This document shows positions 9,304-18,699 of a stretch of 32,178 nt of DNA, piece by piece. A program made the position numbers and the translations under genes. Origin of the DNA: an uncultured virus (IMG/VR IMGVR_UViG_3300037961_002446) (taxonomy: Duplodnaviria; Heunggongvirae; Uroviricota; Caudoviricetes); IMG/VR virus record IMGVR_UViG_3300037961_002446, positions 62,001-94,178 of that record. The stretch is one strand, 5' to 3'. The stretch's first letter is position 1. Every line of letters starts with the position of its first letter. Under the pieces are notes generated by a model. It was given only the letters and a program-made list of their open reading frames with translations. It made no database searches and was not told the DNA's origin.

Positions 9304-10494
9304 TCAATTAAATCCTCCGGCCATCTTATGAATATCTGACCAATCCATTTCGGCCAATTCGTCCATAGACGGTAGAGAAATTTGTGCGTCTTCTTGAGCC
9401 TTTAGGATTGTTTCCTTTTCAGCAGTCAAAGACTTGCGTAGTGCAGTAAATTCTTCCTTTAGAGAAGCAATTTCGCTTTGTGCATCATATTGAGCCTTTG
9501 CGAGAACATTCTCTTTATGAGAAACTTCTTGTGCAAATCGGGCTTCAAATTGCTTTTGTAGGTTGTCGTATGCCAACTTTTCTAGTTGTTCTTGGCGGAA
9601 AGCCTCGTAAGCCTTCTCAATGTTTCCAACGGACAAGTCAAGAGTTTCCAATTCGTTGTTGTCAAATGCTTTAACAACAGGCAAATCAGATGCCTTTGGG
9701 TTTCCATTTTCAATGATTACTCTATCAGCAGGTTCTCCAATTTCAACACCTGCTCCGTCTAGAGTAGAAACAACTGCTTTGTTTTCCTCATCGGAGTAGC
9801 CACCCTTTTCTTCTTCGTCTTCTTTTTCGTGCATATCGCCCATTTTTTCTTCATCGGGCATATCCATATATTCGCCTTTTTCTTCTTCTTCTTTGCGAAG
9901 AGTATTGACTTCCGCCATTAGCGCATCTAACTCTTCTAGTGCTTTCTCAATTTTACTCATATTGCTCACTTCTTTTTTGTCTTGCTTTAAAATGTCAAAC
10001 TTTGCTTCGGGATTGATTCCTTTTTCACAGATTGTAACCTCATGTAATTCTAGTTTGCTTATTTCATTGTATTGTCCTAGTTCAGGGTGGCTTTTCTTTA
10101 CTTTCTGTATTGCCTGTCCTCCAATGCTAAAACTCCTCAATGAACCTTTTCTTACGCCTCTTCCTATTTCTTTGGCTTTTTCTATATCATCTCTTAATTT
10201 AATTACTACAAAGAATCCCACATCATCTACTTCGGTTTTCCATATTTTTCCATTTTTATCTCTATATGATTCTACTACTTCCCCGACTTGAACATTTGAG
10301 TGGTTTGTCATTACATTTCTAAATTTAGGGTTCTCCATGTATTTTATTACTGCTTCTTGTAGTGCTTTAAGTGTGATTAAATCATTTTGCTTATCAACAA
10401 TCTCTATGCTTGCATATCCCCCAATCATCAGATTATCTTGGCTTTTCAGGATTCTGAAATCATTGGTTGTTGTTGCCATTACCGCAGAAACCAT
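9304..10494 (-). CDS. Prohead protease fused to an acidic coiled-coil scaffold
   Basis: HK97/XkdF-type protease motifs GYASIEIVDKQND, HSNVQVG, SFSIGG, LHEVTIC..GINP, followed by an E/K-rich helical C-terminal half. Probable start MVSAV at 10494 (ORF track: 10539). Confidence 0.88.
   Translation of the reverse strand: MVSAVMATTTNDFRILKSQDNLMIGGYASIEIVDKQNDLITLKALQEAVIKYMENPKFRNVMTNHSNVQVGEVVESYRDKNGKIWKTEVDDVGFFVVIKLRDDIEKAKEIGRGVRKGSLRSFSIGGQAIQKVKKSHPELGQYNEISKLELHEVTICEKGINPEAKFDILKQDKKEVSNMSKIEKALEELDALMAEVNTLRKEEEEKGEYMDMPDEEKMGDMHEKEDEEEKGGYSDEENKAVVSTLDGAGVEIGEPADRVIIENGNPKASDLPVVKAFDNNELETLDLSVGNIEKAYEAFRQEQLEKLAYDNLQKQFEARFAQEVSHKENVLAKAQYDAQSEIASLKEEFTALRKSLTAEKETILKAQEDAQISLPSMDELAEMDWSDIHKMAGGFN
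9321..9348. repeat. 28 nt repeat copy 1 (encodes MDWSDIHKM)
   Basis: 26/28 identical to 13606-13633. Confidence 0.8.
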
Positions 10495-10523
10495 TCTCCT
10501 CAACTCTCCCTTTACAATTCCAC

Positions 10524-10531
10524 TATATAAA
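10524..10531 (-). promoter_or_regulatory. Candidate archaeal TATA box for the protease/capsid transcript
   Basis: TTTATATA on the minus strand, about 30 nt upstream of the ATG at 10494, in one of the few intergenic gaps. Confidence 0.5.
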
Positions 10532-10538
10532 GAACACA

Positions 10539-13061
10539 CTAATTAGACGGTATTTCCTTATCCTTGAACCTATCTTCATATATGTTCCATACTCCTTTAT
10601 CTGATTCTTTATCAGCAGGTTCTTGCTTATATCCCGTCCAAGCCAACCACATCTTTTGGCCTTTAACAGGAACTACACGGATATGCAGTTTAGTTTCAAA
10701 CTTATTTCCTTTAAGGAAGTATTCATGATAGCCATGCCTTTGAACACCTAATTCAACTTCTCCGCTATCAATCACCTTTTCTCTTTCAAAGTTGTTTGCT
10801 ACTTGAGCAGGATATTTACCTGCTTTACCAAACAAATCAAACAACTCTTCATCACTTTCAATATCAACTAACCAATTAATAGTTTCATCACCTAACTTCA
10901 TGACTATGTTGATTAGGTCGTCTTTTCTAGCGTAAATCTTGAATTCGCCCTTTCTGTATTCATCAGGAGTTTTGTATTTTTTAATTTCATCTTCCTGATA
11001 TATCTTATCACTATCAGCGATTAACTTATTATCATCAAACGAAATACCTTCTCTATTTTCAGCCCACTCTTTTAGTTTAGAATATTCTGATTCCAATACA
11101 TCTTCATACAATGATGGTCTTTCTTTGACTAGTAGATTATGTAGGGCTTTTGGAGTTAAACCATTTTTATCTCTTAATAGATTAAAGATAGCAACAGTTA
11201 GTTCAGATTGTTTTGTCTTCATGATTTCTTCGGCCTTAGACTTCCACATATCTAAATCCTTGAGAGCATTCTTTGACATTAGGTTATCTTTCTCAAACCC
11301 ATAGATAGTGAACCCGTCCATGTCTGACTTTATGATAATATTAGTTTCCCCATGAATATAATCTGTGATAGATATTCCTTTTTCTAATGCTTTAACATCG
11401 TAGTTGAGTGATTTCTTTGTATCTTGTGAAAGCAACTCTAGTGTTATTTCTTTATCAGGCATATCAACTTCAGGAACTTCTATAACTTTTGCTGAATACA
11501 AAGTATATCTATCTCCTGTTCTTTTTACTTCATCAACCTTAACTCTAATAATATCGCCCACATCAACATTAATTTTAGTATTCAGTGCCTTACCCACTTC
11601 CATGAATTTTTTACCATCTACTTCTTTGATGTATTTTCCTTCTTTATCTGTTGCTCCAATATCAACACCGACAGTATAAGAAAATAAATTACTCTTGGTC
11701 TTTTTCTTATCTAAGACAACTACATCTAAATCTACAAACTTCTTCCACTTAACCCACTTTGGATTCTTTCTAGTTCCGACATAGTAAGTAGAAGTAATAT
11801 CTTTGATAACTACACCTTCAGAAGTAGGCATCTCCATTATCTTCTTAGAATATTCTTCAATGTCTTCTAGATTATCGGCTTCTCTTGTATCTTTCTTAGA
11901 GGGGAAATTGATAGCATCAGTAGAATGAGAAGAATAATTGTTAAAGAGAGTAGTGATTCTTTTTTCTAGTGGTTCATCTAATAAGTTTTCATCATTATGT
12001 CGCATAATATCAAACACATGACACCTTAGTTTAGCATCAGGATATTTTCCTTTAAACACATGAGCAATAGTATCTGCTCTATGTAATGGCTCATCACCAT
12101 CAAACAAAATCAATTCACCGTCAAGAATACAATCTCCATATTTCTTTTCTTTTAGTTCTTCAACTTGTTCTTTACATTTGTCTGTAATGTCTTTTTCATT
12201 ATAGGAAAACACTTTGATATTGTTGTCTATCTTATGTAGTTGAATTCTCATTCCATCGTATTTTTCTTGAACAATCCAAGTCCCACTAAATCCTTTCAAT
12301 TCTTTCATATCTTCTATGTCAAAGATACGATACATTGGTTTGTTAGGAATAATAAAATCAGATTCAGCCTTTTTCTTGTCGGTCTTTTGGAAGTCGGACT
12401 TCTGTTCAATGTCTTTCAAGTCCTCAACATATTCTTCACTATGCCTTGACAAAAGCAAGAGGTCAAGCATTTCCATAGCGGCCTTGACTTTCTTCTCAAC
12501 CTTCTTTGAGTCTTTTCCATCTCCATAATGCTCAATAATGTAGAGGGAAATATCGTCCGATTCTAGGTCAAGACCCTCAAGACCCTCCGTAATATCGTCT
12601 TTTTCTATGTCTTTGATTGCTAATAGTTCAGGAGAAAGTGCTTTATTATCGTTTCTTAAAGCATAATGCACGAATTTCATCATCGTTTCTGGATTAGACA
12701 TTAATTCCTCTAAGACACTCCCTTTAAATCTTTTAGCGAATGGGTCTTCAACTAAATCTGATTTATACCTTAGAGTTTTAATTCCCTCATATAATGACTT
12801 AGCCTGTGGGCTTTTAGGGTCTTTTGCTTCTTTAGAATCTACAAGGTCTTCGTCAATGAAATTTTTCATTTCTTTACCTGCGGCATCTAATTCACCATAA
12901 GATTCTCTAATCATTTCAACTGCATTTCTCCAACGACCCCCGTATTCTTCGGGGTCTGTTCTAGCAGAAAGATAGGCTACTCTTGTTTTTTCAAATAGCC
13001 TCAAAATTTCTTCTGAGGGCATTTTGTCTTTTTCAATATTAGCCAACTTCAACGATACCAC
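10539..13061 (-). CDS. lig: ATP-dependent DNA ligase with long N- and C-terminal extensions
   Basis: Motif I QEKYDGMR, III ILDGEL, IIIa FDIM, IV EGVVIK, V WVKWK, then an OB-fold-like region. 840 aa. Confidence 0.9.
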   Translation of the reverse strand: MVSLKLANIEKDKMPSEEILRLFEKTRVAYLSARTDPEEYGGRWRNAVEMIRESYGELDAAGKEMKNFIDEDLVDSKEAKDPKSPQAKSLYEGIKTLRYKSDLVEDPFAKRFKGSVLEELMSNPETMMKFVHYALRNDNKALSPELLAIKDIEKDDITEGLEGLDLESDDISLYIIEHYGDGKDSKKVEKKVKAAMEMLDLLLLSRHSEEYVEDLKDIEQKSDFQKTDKKKAESDFIIPNKPMYRIFDIEDMKELKGFSGTWIVQEKYDGMRIQLHKIDNNIKVFSYNEKDITDKCKEQVEELKEKKYGDCILDGELILFDGDEPLHRADTIAHVFKGKYPDAKLRCHVFDIMRHNDENLLDEPLEKRITTLFNNYSSHSTDAINFPSKKDTREADNLEDIEEYSKKIMEMPTSEGVVIKDITSTYYVGTRKNPKWVKWKKFVDLDVVVLDKKKTKSNLFSYTVGVDIGATDKEGKYIKEVDGKKFMEVGKALNTKINVDVGDIIRVKVDEVKRTGDRYTLYSAKVIEVPEVDMPDKEITLELLSQDTKKSLNYDVKALEKGISITDYIHGETNIIIKSDMDGFTIYGFEKDNLMSKNALKDLDMWKSKAEEIMKTKQSELTVAIFNLLRDKNGLTPKALHNLLVKERPSLYEDVLESEYSKLKEWAENREGISFDDNKLIADSDKIYQEDEIKKYKTPDEYRKGEFKIYARKDDLINIVMKLGDETINWLVDIESDEELFDLFGKAGKYPAQVANNFEREKVIDSGEVELGVQRHGYHEYFLKGNKFETKLHIRVVPVKGQKMWLAWTGYKQEPADKESDKGVWNIYEDRFKDKEIPSN

Positions 13062-13065
13062 CTAC

Positions 13066-13581
13066 TTAGCGGTATTGTTGAGTCTTTGGAAGAAGTGGAA
13101 CAGGTTTGTTTTTTGCATCTTCTGTGATTTGCATATTCTTTGTTGCTTCACGGAGTCTTTCTTGCGCTCCTTGAATAAACTTAACTTCATCTAATTTACC
13201 TTGTTCGTAGTCTTGTCGCATCATATCTAATTCTTTTAATGCAGACTCCATTTCTTTCTTTGCTTTATCAGCCCTTTCTCTATTCAATACAGGGTTATCA
13301 TCATAATCGGATTCTAGGATTTGTTTTAGAATAGCAACTGCTTTCTTAAATTCAGTTACTTCACCTGCTAGACCATAGCCTGAATGAGTGCCTTCATTGT
13401 TTTTGATTTTGATTTTATCGTTTTCAGCCTTTGGACGCTTTACCTTTACGGCTTCGCTTTCATCTTCCATAGGGAAAACATTACCATCATACATTGATTG
13501 GTATAGAATCTCTTTTGCCTCTCTTGCTTTTTCAATAACCATGCTAATGATTCTTTCTTCTTTCGTTACTCTTTCAGGCAT
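13066..13581 (-). CDS. Hypothetical charged helical protein (head module)
   Basis: 171 aa, GGAGG RBS. Confidence 0.7.
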   Translation of the reverse strand: MPERVTKEERIISMVIEKAREAKEILYQSMYDGNVFPMEDESEAVKVKRPKAENDKIKIKNNEGTHSGYGLAGEVTEFKKAVAILKQILESDYDDNPVLNRERADKAKKEMESALKELDMMRQDYEQGKLDEVKFIQGAQERLREATKNMQITEDAKNKPVPLLPKTQQYR

Positions 13582-13582
13582 A

Positions 13583-13822
13583 TTAGTTTCCTCCTGCTCT
13601 TTCTACCATCTTATGAATTTCAGACCAATCCATATTAGATACATCAGTAATTCCACCACTAGAATTATCCATTGATGGAGTTGGGCTTTCAGCCACTACC
13701 AAACCTGCTTTCATTAGTAGGCTATCTTTAGCATACATCATCTTCTCTAATGCTTCAACCTTATCGGACAAAGCCTTTACAATCTCAAGCATTTCTTCAT
13801 TAATCGTTTTTTCTTCTGTCAT
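13583..13822 (-). CDS. Mini scaffold-like protein (coiled coil plus MDWSEIHKM motif)
   Basis: Start MTEEK at 13822 (AGTGA RBS). C-terminus matches the C-terminus of the protease-scaffold. Confidence 0.6.
   Translation of the reverse strand: MTEEKTINEEMLEIVKALSDKVEALEKMMYAKDSLLMKAGLVVAESPTPSMDNSSGGITDVSNMDWSEIHKMVERAGGN
13606..13633. repeat. 28 nt repeat copy 2 (encodes MDWSEIHKM)
   Basis: 26/28 identical to 9321-9348. Confidence 0.8.
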
Positions 13823-13827
13823 AAATA

Positions 13828-14181
13828 TCACTTCTTTTTCTTTGGATATACTAAATCATATAATTGACGGTAAAGTAATTCATACTCCTTACGAAGTTTC
13901 GTAGCCGTAGCGACAATATCAATGTTGCGCTCGTCCATAGACTTCATCTTTTTGTTTAGTTTCTTATCTGATTTAGTCAAGTCTAAATCTTTCATCATAG
14001 AGATAAGTTCTCCTAGTTTAGTAAAGTCTTGACCAAAAAATTCTGTGGGTTCAGATGCTTGAAGTGTTTTCTTTAGCCGCTTTTTTTGCTTTGCATCTAA
14101 AGAATCTAGTATTTCTTTAGGGGCTTTGTCTTCTTTCTTGAAAGAAATTTCTCTTCCATCTTCATAAAAATCCCATGTCAT
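13828..14181 (-). CDS. Hypothetical K-rich helical protein
   Basis: 117 aa, ATGA overlap with the upstream gene. Confidence 0.7.
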   Translation of the reverse strand: MTWDFYEDGREISFKKEDKAPKEILDSLDAKQKKRLKKTLQASEPTEFFGQDFTKLGELISMMKDLDLTKSDKKLNKKMKSMDERNIDIVATATKLRKEYELLYRQLYDLVYPKKKK

Positions 14182-15920
14182 CTTCTTCCCTCCACTAGTC
14201 TATATTCGTCTGTTCTATCATCACGAATAATTTGTCTTCCCATTTCTCTTTCTAAAGAATTTGTAAATTGTTCAACATTTTCATAGGCAGTTTCTATTTC
14301 TGCTCCTAGCCTATCAAGAGTTCTAATATCACTATTATTGAAAGTATCTAGCCCTTCTATTAGTTCAATTCCTTCAATCGCTATTTGAGTTGTTCTAGCA
14401 GGTCTTTGTCCTGCTTCACCGCTAATCCAATCCATGAATTCTTCCGCTTCTCTTTCATCAAGAGTATCAATAATGCTTGACATTTTCTTTGTTTTAGTAT
14501 CAATGGTATTTAGATACCTAACTACTCTTTGAAAATATCTTTTGACTTGACTATCCCTTCTTTCTACTAATTCCTTAATTTGTCTTCTTTCAGCAAGAGT
14601 ATTTCCTTCGGGTCTTGTAGACCTTCTAGACATTCTATAAAATAATTCAGTAAGTCTTTGTAGTTCAGGCTGATATTGAACAACTCTATCAATTTCTCCA
14701 ATGACCTTTTCAAGTTTGACTCTTTCAATATCAATATCTTCCGCTAATTCTCTAGTGGCTTCTTCAATATATTTACTAGGATTATTTCTAATATCAATTA
14801 AATCTTGATTGATTGCTCTAAGTTTTTTACCTAGTTCGGAGTCTTCTTGTATATTAGAAACCTTAGTTTCGCTTAGTGTTTTAACAGCATCAACAAGTTT
14901 TTGCACCTTTCTAGCAATTATTTTTTCTTCCCCTTGTTCTTGTATGGATTCTAATTCAATAATAACTTCTCCAATGTATTCCAATTTAGGGACTAAACTA
15001 TCAGTATGCTTTCTTATTCTATTGAGAGTCTTAACTGCTTTTTCTTGGTCTTCATCAGGAATAGGCATATCTCTTACTCTAGCAATAGCCCTTTGAATAT
15101 CCTTTTTGTATCTTCCAATATTTTTGTATGCGGTAGGTTGCCTCTTCCATGTATTAGTATGTAAGCGAATAAAAGCCTGTTTGAGTGTCATATCTGAACC
15201 TGTCAAATTAGCATCATATGTATTTATCAACTCTTGAGTTAATTCAGAAATATTGATTTCTCTACCTGAGCCTTCTTTGTCAGAAGTAGCATTTATCATG
15301 AAATTACCTGCGGCATTGTAGTGCTTTCTATATTTATTAGATAGATAAGTAGGTTCTTTCTCAAGAAGTTTCATTAGATTAAGATAAGAATTGGATTCCG
15401 CCTGTGAGTTAAAAGTATTAGCGTATGCGTTTTGTCCTTCAAAGGAATATCCTGATGGTTCTTCATTATCCCTTCTTCCTTGAACATTCTCTACCATAGC
15501 CTTTGTAGCCTTTAGATACTTCTCAATCTTTTTTATTTCTCTATTGAATTTAGAATATTCTTTATCTTTAGAAGTTCTAGTTTTTGGTTTATCTTCTAAG
15601 TCAGCAGACAAATCTCCTGCTTGTTCAGCAGAAGTATCATCTCTTTCTCTTTCTTCTGGATTTTGTGCGGCTTGTTCCGCTTCTGACATTTGTTCTGCTC
15701 TTTCAGCATCAAGTTCTTCTTCTTCTCTAAATTCATCTTCTGCTTTAGCAATATATTTCCTGTAAGAAACAATATTTTCAGGGCTAATGTTTTCTATAAG
15801 AGAATCTTTTATTTCAGAAATAGATGCATCTGATTTAACTAATGCCATAGTATCATTATCTAAATCAGCCTTCAAAAGAATAGCCTTCAAGGATTTATTT
15901 TTAGATAATTCAAATAACAT
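14178..15920 (-). CDS. Large coiled-coil protein, possible internal head protein
   Basis: 580 aa, E/K/R-rich heptads, between portal and protease, GGTGA RBS. Confidence 0.7.
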   Translation of the reverse strand: MLFELSKNKSLKAILLKADLDNDTMALVKSDASISEIKDSLIENISPENIVSYRKYIAKAEDEFREEEELDAERAEQMSEAEQAAQNPEERERDDTSAEQAGDLSADLEDKPKTRTSKDKEYSKFNREIKKIEKYLKATKAMVENVQGRRDNEEPSGYSFEGQNAYANTFNSQAESNSYLNLMKLLEKEPTYLSNKYRKHYNAAGNFMINATSDKEGSGREINISELTQELINTYDANLTGSDMTLKQAFIRLHTNTWKRQPTAYKNIGRYKKDIQRAIARVRDMPIPDEDQEKAVKTLNRIRKHTDSLVPKLEYIGEVIIELESIQEQGEEKIIARKVQKLVDAVKTLSETKVSNIQEDSELGKKLRAINQDLIDIRNNPSKYIEEATRELAEDIDIERVKLEKVIGEIDRVVQYQPELQRLTELFYRMSRRSTRPEGNTLAERRQIKELVERRDSQVKRYFQRVVRYLNTIDTKTKKMSSIIDTLDEREAEEFMDWISGEAGQRPARTTQIAIEGIELIEGLDTFNNSDIRTLDRLGAEIETAYENVEQFTNSLEREMGRQIIRDDRTDEYRLVEGRR

Positions 15921-15929
15921 TTAATCACC

Positions 15930-16154
15930 TTAAAATGGAATGTTCTCTTTCTTCTTTCTTTTCATAGGAGGAAGTAAAACTACATCAGGACTAGCAGTTG
16001 ATGGAATTGCTTTATGAGAAGTATCAGGAGGTAATCCTCCCAATGACATATCCTTTGTTTTTCTTACTTTTGAATCTTTATTTGCGTTAAGTGCCTTGAC
16101 TTGCGCTAATTCTTTTCTTAGTCTAATTTCTTTTTGTCTACTGTCTTCTGTCAT
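15930..16154 (-). CDS. Hypothetical small basic protein
   Basis: Probable start MTEDSRQ at 16154, just after the portal stop (ORF track: 16187). Confidence 0.6.
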   Translation of the reverse strand: MTEDSRQKEIRLRKELAQVKALNANKDSKVRKTKDMSLGGLPPDTSHKAIPSTASPDVVLLPPMKRKKKENIPF

Positions 16155-16155
16155 A

Positions 16156-17793
16156 TTAACCGACTCTCCTTTCTGTTCTTTTGTCATTATTTTGATTTCC
16201 TGCTTCTAGTGGTAATCCTGTTAATCTTTTATCCGGCCCTTGATTCATAGATGGTTTATTTCTTGTTGTTGCTGGATTTGCTTGTGGTTTGCTCATCATT
16301 TGTTCTTGCATTTGACCCATTTGAGATGCGTCTATATTAGTTCCTGCGTATGGGTCTAATTCAACTTTTTCCCCTTCTTGAGAAGATTCGCCTTCTTTTG
16401 GTTCTTGTGGTTCAGGTTTCTTAAAAGTAAATTGGCCATCTTCGTCCATATCAACTTCAAATCCTAAATTTTTAGTAGAAGCCGCAATATTAACTTCAAT
16501 CTCTCTCTTTCTTAATACCGCTATTTCATCTTCTTCTTCGCTTGGTGGGAGTTTTAAGTTCCAATCAGTAATTCCAAATTGCTTAATTAGGAATGGGAAT
16601 ACATAATTATTGTAAACATTTTGTGCCATTTGAACGGCTCTATTGGTGACAAGAATTTGCATACCTTCATTGTTTAATCCACCGCTTGTAGTATTATCAG
16701 CCATGAAGACTTTACTTACACCATAAAACGCTGAAATCCTATCTCTTAAATCATCTTTAACAGAAACATAATCCATTTCTTTTAGACTATCCATGAACTT
16801 AATCCATTCAACTGCACCCTTACCGTTCTCGGCTTCAATACCCATAACAGGAATAAAGTGCGGGTCTTGTTCCATCTTTTCTTTAACTGCTCTCCAAAAA
16901 GATTTCATGGATTCCATGTTGCGAGTTTGAACAGCCAACAATCCCTTTGGCATACGACTCTTTGTGTATGAAGAATTGACATAATTCTCCATAGCAATTA
17001 GTGTCATTATGTTATTGTAAAGAGTAATAATTGGAGAAAGACCATACAATCTAGAAGGATTATATTTACTAAAATGTAAGACTTCTCCCTTGAGGAAGTA
17101 TTGGTCTTGGCCATTTACTCTATTTACATAATGAACAGGAAATAGATTTGCCCCGCATTCTTCGCAGTTATCATGAGGTTCTGTTGATAACATACCTCTA
17201 TGATTGACACAAGTAAATCCCTTTGTTCCTCTTTGTCCTAACTCATCGGTGTAAATAGCCATTGTCACGGGGTCGCCTCTATAGACTTCCTTGATTCTAT
17301 GCATTCTAATTTTACCATTACCATCAATAAAATATTCTTTGACTAGAACAATATAGGCATCGTCCATGATATTCAAATCATCTTCAAGTTCTCTAAGAAC
17401 ATCAATGAATAGTTGTTCAGCCTTATTGACATAACCCTCTATAAATTTTTCAGCATATTCTAGTTGCTTTACATCAGGAGTTCTTAAGTCAGTAGAACCA
17501 CATCTAGAACATTCCGAAACAGGCCTTTGGTGTTCCTTTCCACAATTATTACATCTTGCTTCGTATGCCTTTTCCCAAACATATCCTCTACGGAAAATTT
17601 CCTGTTTAAGTTGAGTAATACAAGTCCTAGCAATAACAGACTGATTAACTAAATGATAGATAATCGGAGCAGTCATTAGGTTTGCTTGTTGCCTTTCCTG
17701 AATGCCTATGTTGAAGATTTTTCTATCGGCAGGTTTGGGAGTAGAACGCCTAAACAGGTTTCTTACGCTAAATCGTCTTCTTTCCTCAACCAT
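16156..17793 (-). CDS. Portal protein with Zn-ribbon insertions
   Basis: Portal motifs EVLHF, YGLSPI, MPKGLL, DDLRDRISAFYGV. CNNC/CSRC and CVNH/CEEC pairs. Lies downstream of the terminase. Confidence 0.88.
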   Translation of the reverse strand: MVEERRRFSVRNLFRRSTPKPADRKIFNIGIQERQQANLMTAPIIYHLVNQSVIARTCITQLKQEIFRRGYVWEKAYEARCNNCGKEHQRPVSECSRCGSTDLRTPDVKQLEYAEKFIEGYVNKAEQLFIDVLRELEDDLNIMDDAYIVLVKEYFIDGNGKIRMHRIKEVYRGDPVTMAIYTDELGQRGTKGFTCVNHRGMLSTEPHDNCEECGANLFPVHYVNRVNGQDQYFLKGEVLHFSKYNPSRLYGLSPIITLYNNIMTLIAMENYVNSSYTKSRMPKGLLAVQTRNMESMKSFWRAVKEKMEQDPHFIPVMGIEAENGKGAVEWIKFMDSLKEMDYVSVKDDLRDRISAFYGVSKVFMADNTTSGGLNNEGMQILVTNRAVQMAQNVYNNYVFPFLIKQFGITDWNLKLPPSEEEDEIAVLRKREIEVNIAASTKNLGFEVDMDEDGQFTFKKPEPQEPKEGESSQEGEKVELDPYAGTNIDASQMGQMQEQMMSKPQANPATTRNKPSMNQGPDKRLTGLPLEAGNQNNDKRTERRVG

Positions 17794-17805
17794 AGACTAA
17801 CACCC

Positions 17806-18699
17806 CTATTCCGCAACAGGCTTGGCTTCTGTTATGAATGCTTCGGGAACGGCAACGCCACGCTCTAAGTTTCTAACTAACTGAGTAGCATAATCTAAAC
17901 TGCTTATATCCACATTAGTTTCATATCCATTATTATCCGCCCAATGAATTAATTGATTAGTAGAAAGATTACTGCCACTATTAGGTATGAAAGGACAACC
18001 CCCTAATCCATTAATGCTTGAATCAAATTTAGTGATTCCCCATTCAGCCGCCACTTTTACATTATCAAAAATATTTCTTCTTATCTTTGGATTCTCATGA
18101 AGATGTAAAGCAATATCAGCATTCAATCCTCTAGTTAATTCTAGAGTCTGAACCATTTGTGTAGGGTGTGCGACTCCTATTGTATCACATAATACAACTG
18201 TTTCAGCCAAGTAGTCTGCTTTTAACATAGCATCTTTGAGAGAATGTTCTTGTGGTTTGCCTTCAAAAGGACAACCGAAAGCACAGGAAATATATGCTCT
18301 TACATTTTTTCTATCTATGTCTATTAGCATTTCATCTAATTCTTCAAACTTATCTTGTAGGCTCATGTTAAGATTTCTTTTATTGAATTCCTTAGAAACA
18401 GAAAAAAATACATTCATCTTTTTTGCTCCTACTTCTGTTGCTCTATCAAATCCTTTCTTGTTAGGAATAAGAACTCCAAAGTCGCCTAAATCTTCTGTGG
18501 CTTCAAAGACTTTTTCTGCATCAGCCATATTAGGAACTCTCTTAGGGTGAACAAATGAAGCAATCTCCATATCTTCTAAACCTGCATAGTATAGTTCCTT
18601 AATCAAACTAATTTTATTATTTGTAGACATAGAGAATTTACTATTCTGTAGGCCATCTCTCGGCCCAACTTCATAAATTTCTATATCCATTATACTCAC
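17806..18699 (-). CDS. hmgL: Hydroxymethylglutaryl-CoA lyase (DRE-TIM metallolyase)
   Basis: IYEVGPRDGLQN, SFVHPKRVPNMADA, ISCAFGCPFEG, CDTIG, HLH metal site, catalytic GLGGCPF loop. Confidence 0.9.
   Translation of the reverse strand: MSIMDIEIYEVGPRDGLQNSKFSMSTNNKISLIKELYYAGLEDMEIASFVHPKRVPNMADAEKVFEATEDLGDFGVLIPNKKGFDRATEVGAKKMNVFFSVSKEFNKRNLNMSLQDKFEELDEMLIDIDRKNVRAYISCAFGCPFEGKPQEHSLKDAMLKADYLAETVVLCDTIGVAHPTQMVQTLELTRGLNADIALHLHENPKIRRNIFDNVKVAAEWGITKFDSSINGLGGCPFIPNSGSNLSTNQLIHWADNNGYETNVDISSLDYATQLVRNLERGVAVPEAFITEAKPVAE

Noticed and set aside
14155..14181. MTWDFYED as another leader copy
   Set aside because: Only M-x-W matches; the I-L-K part is missing.
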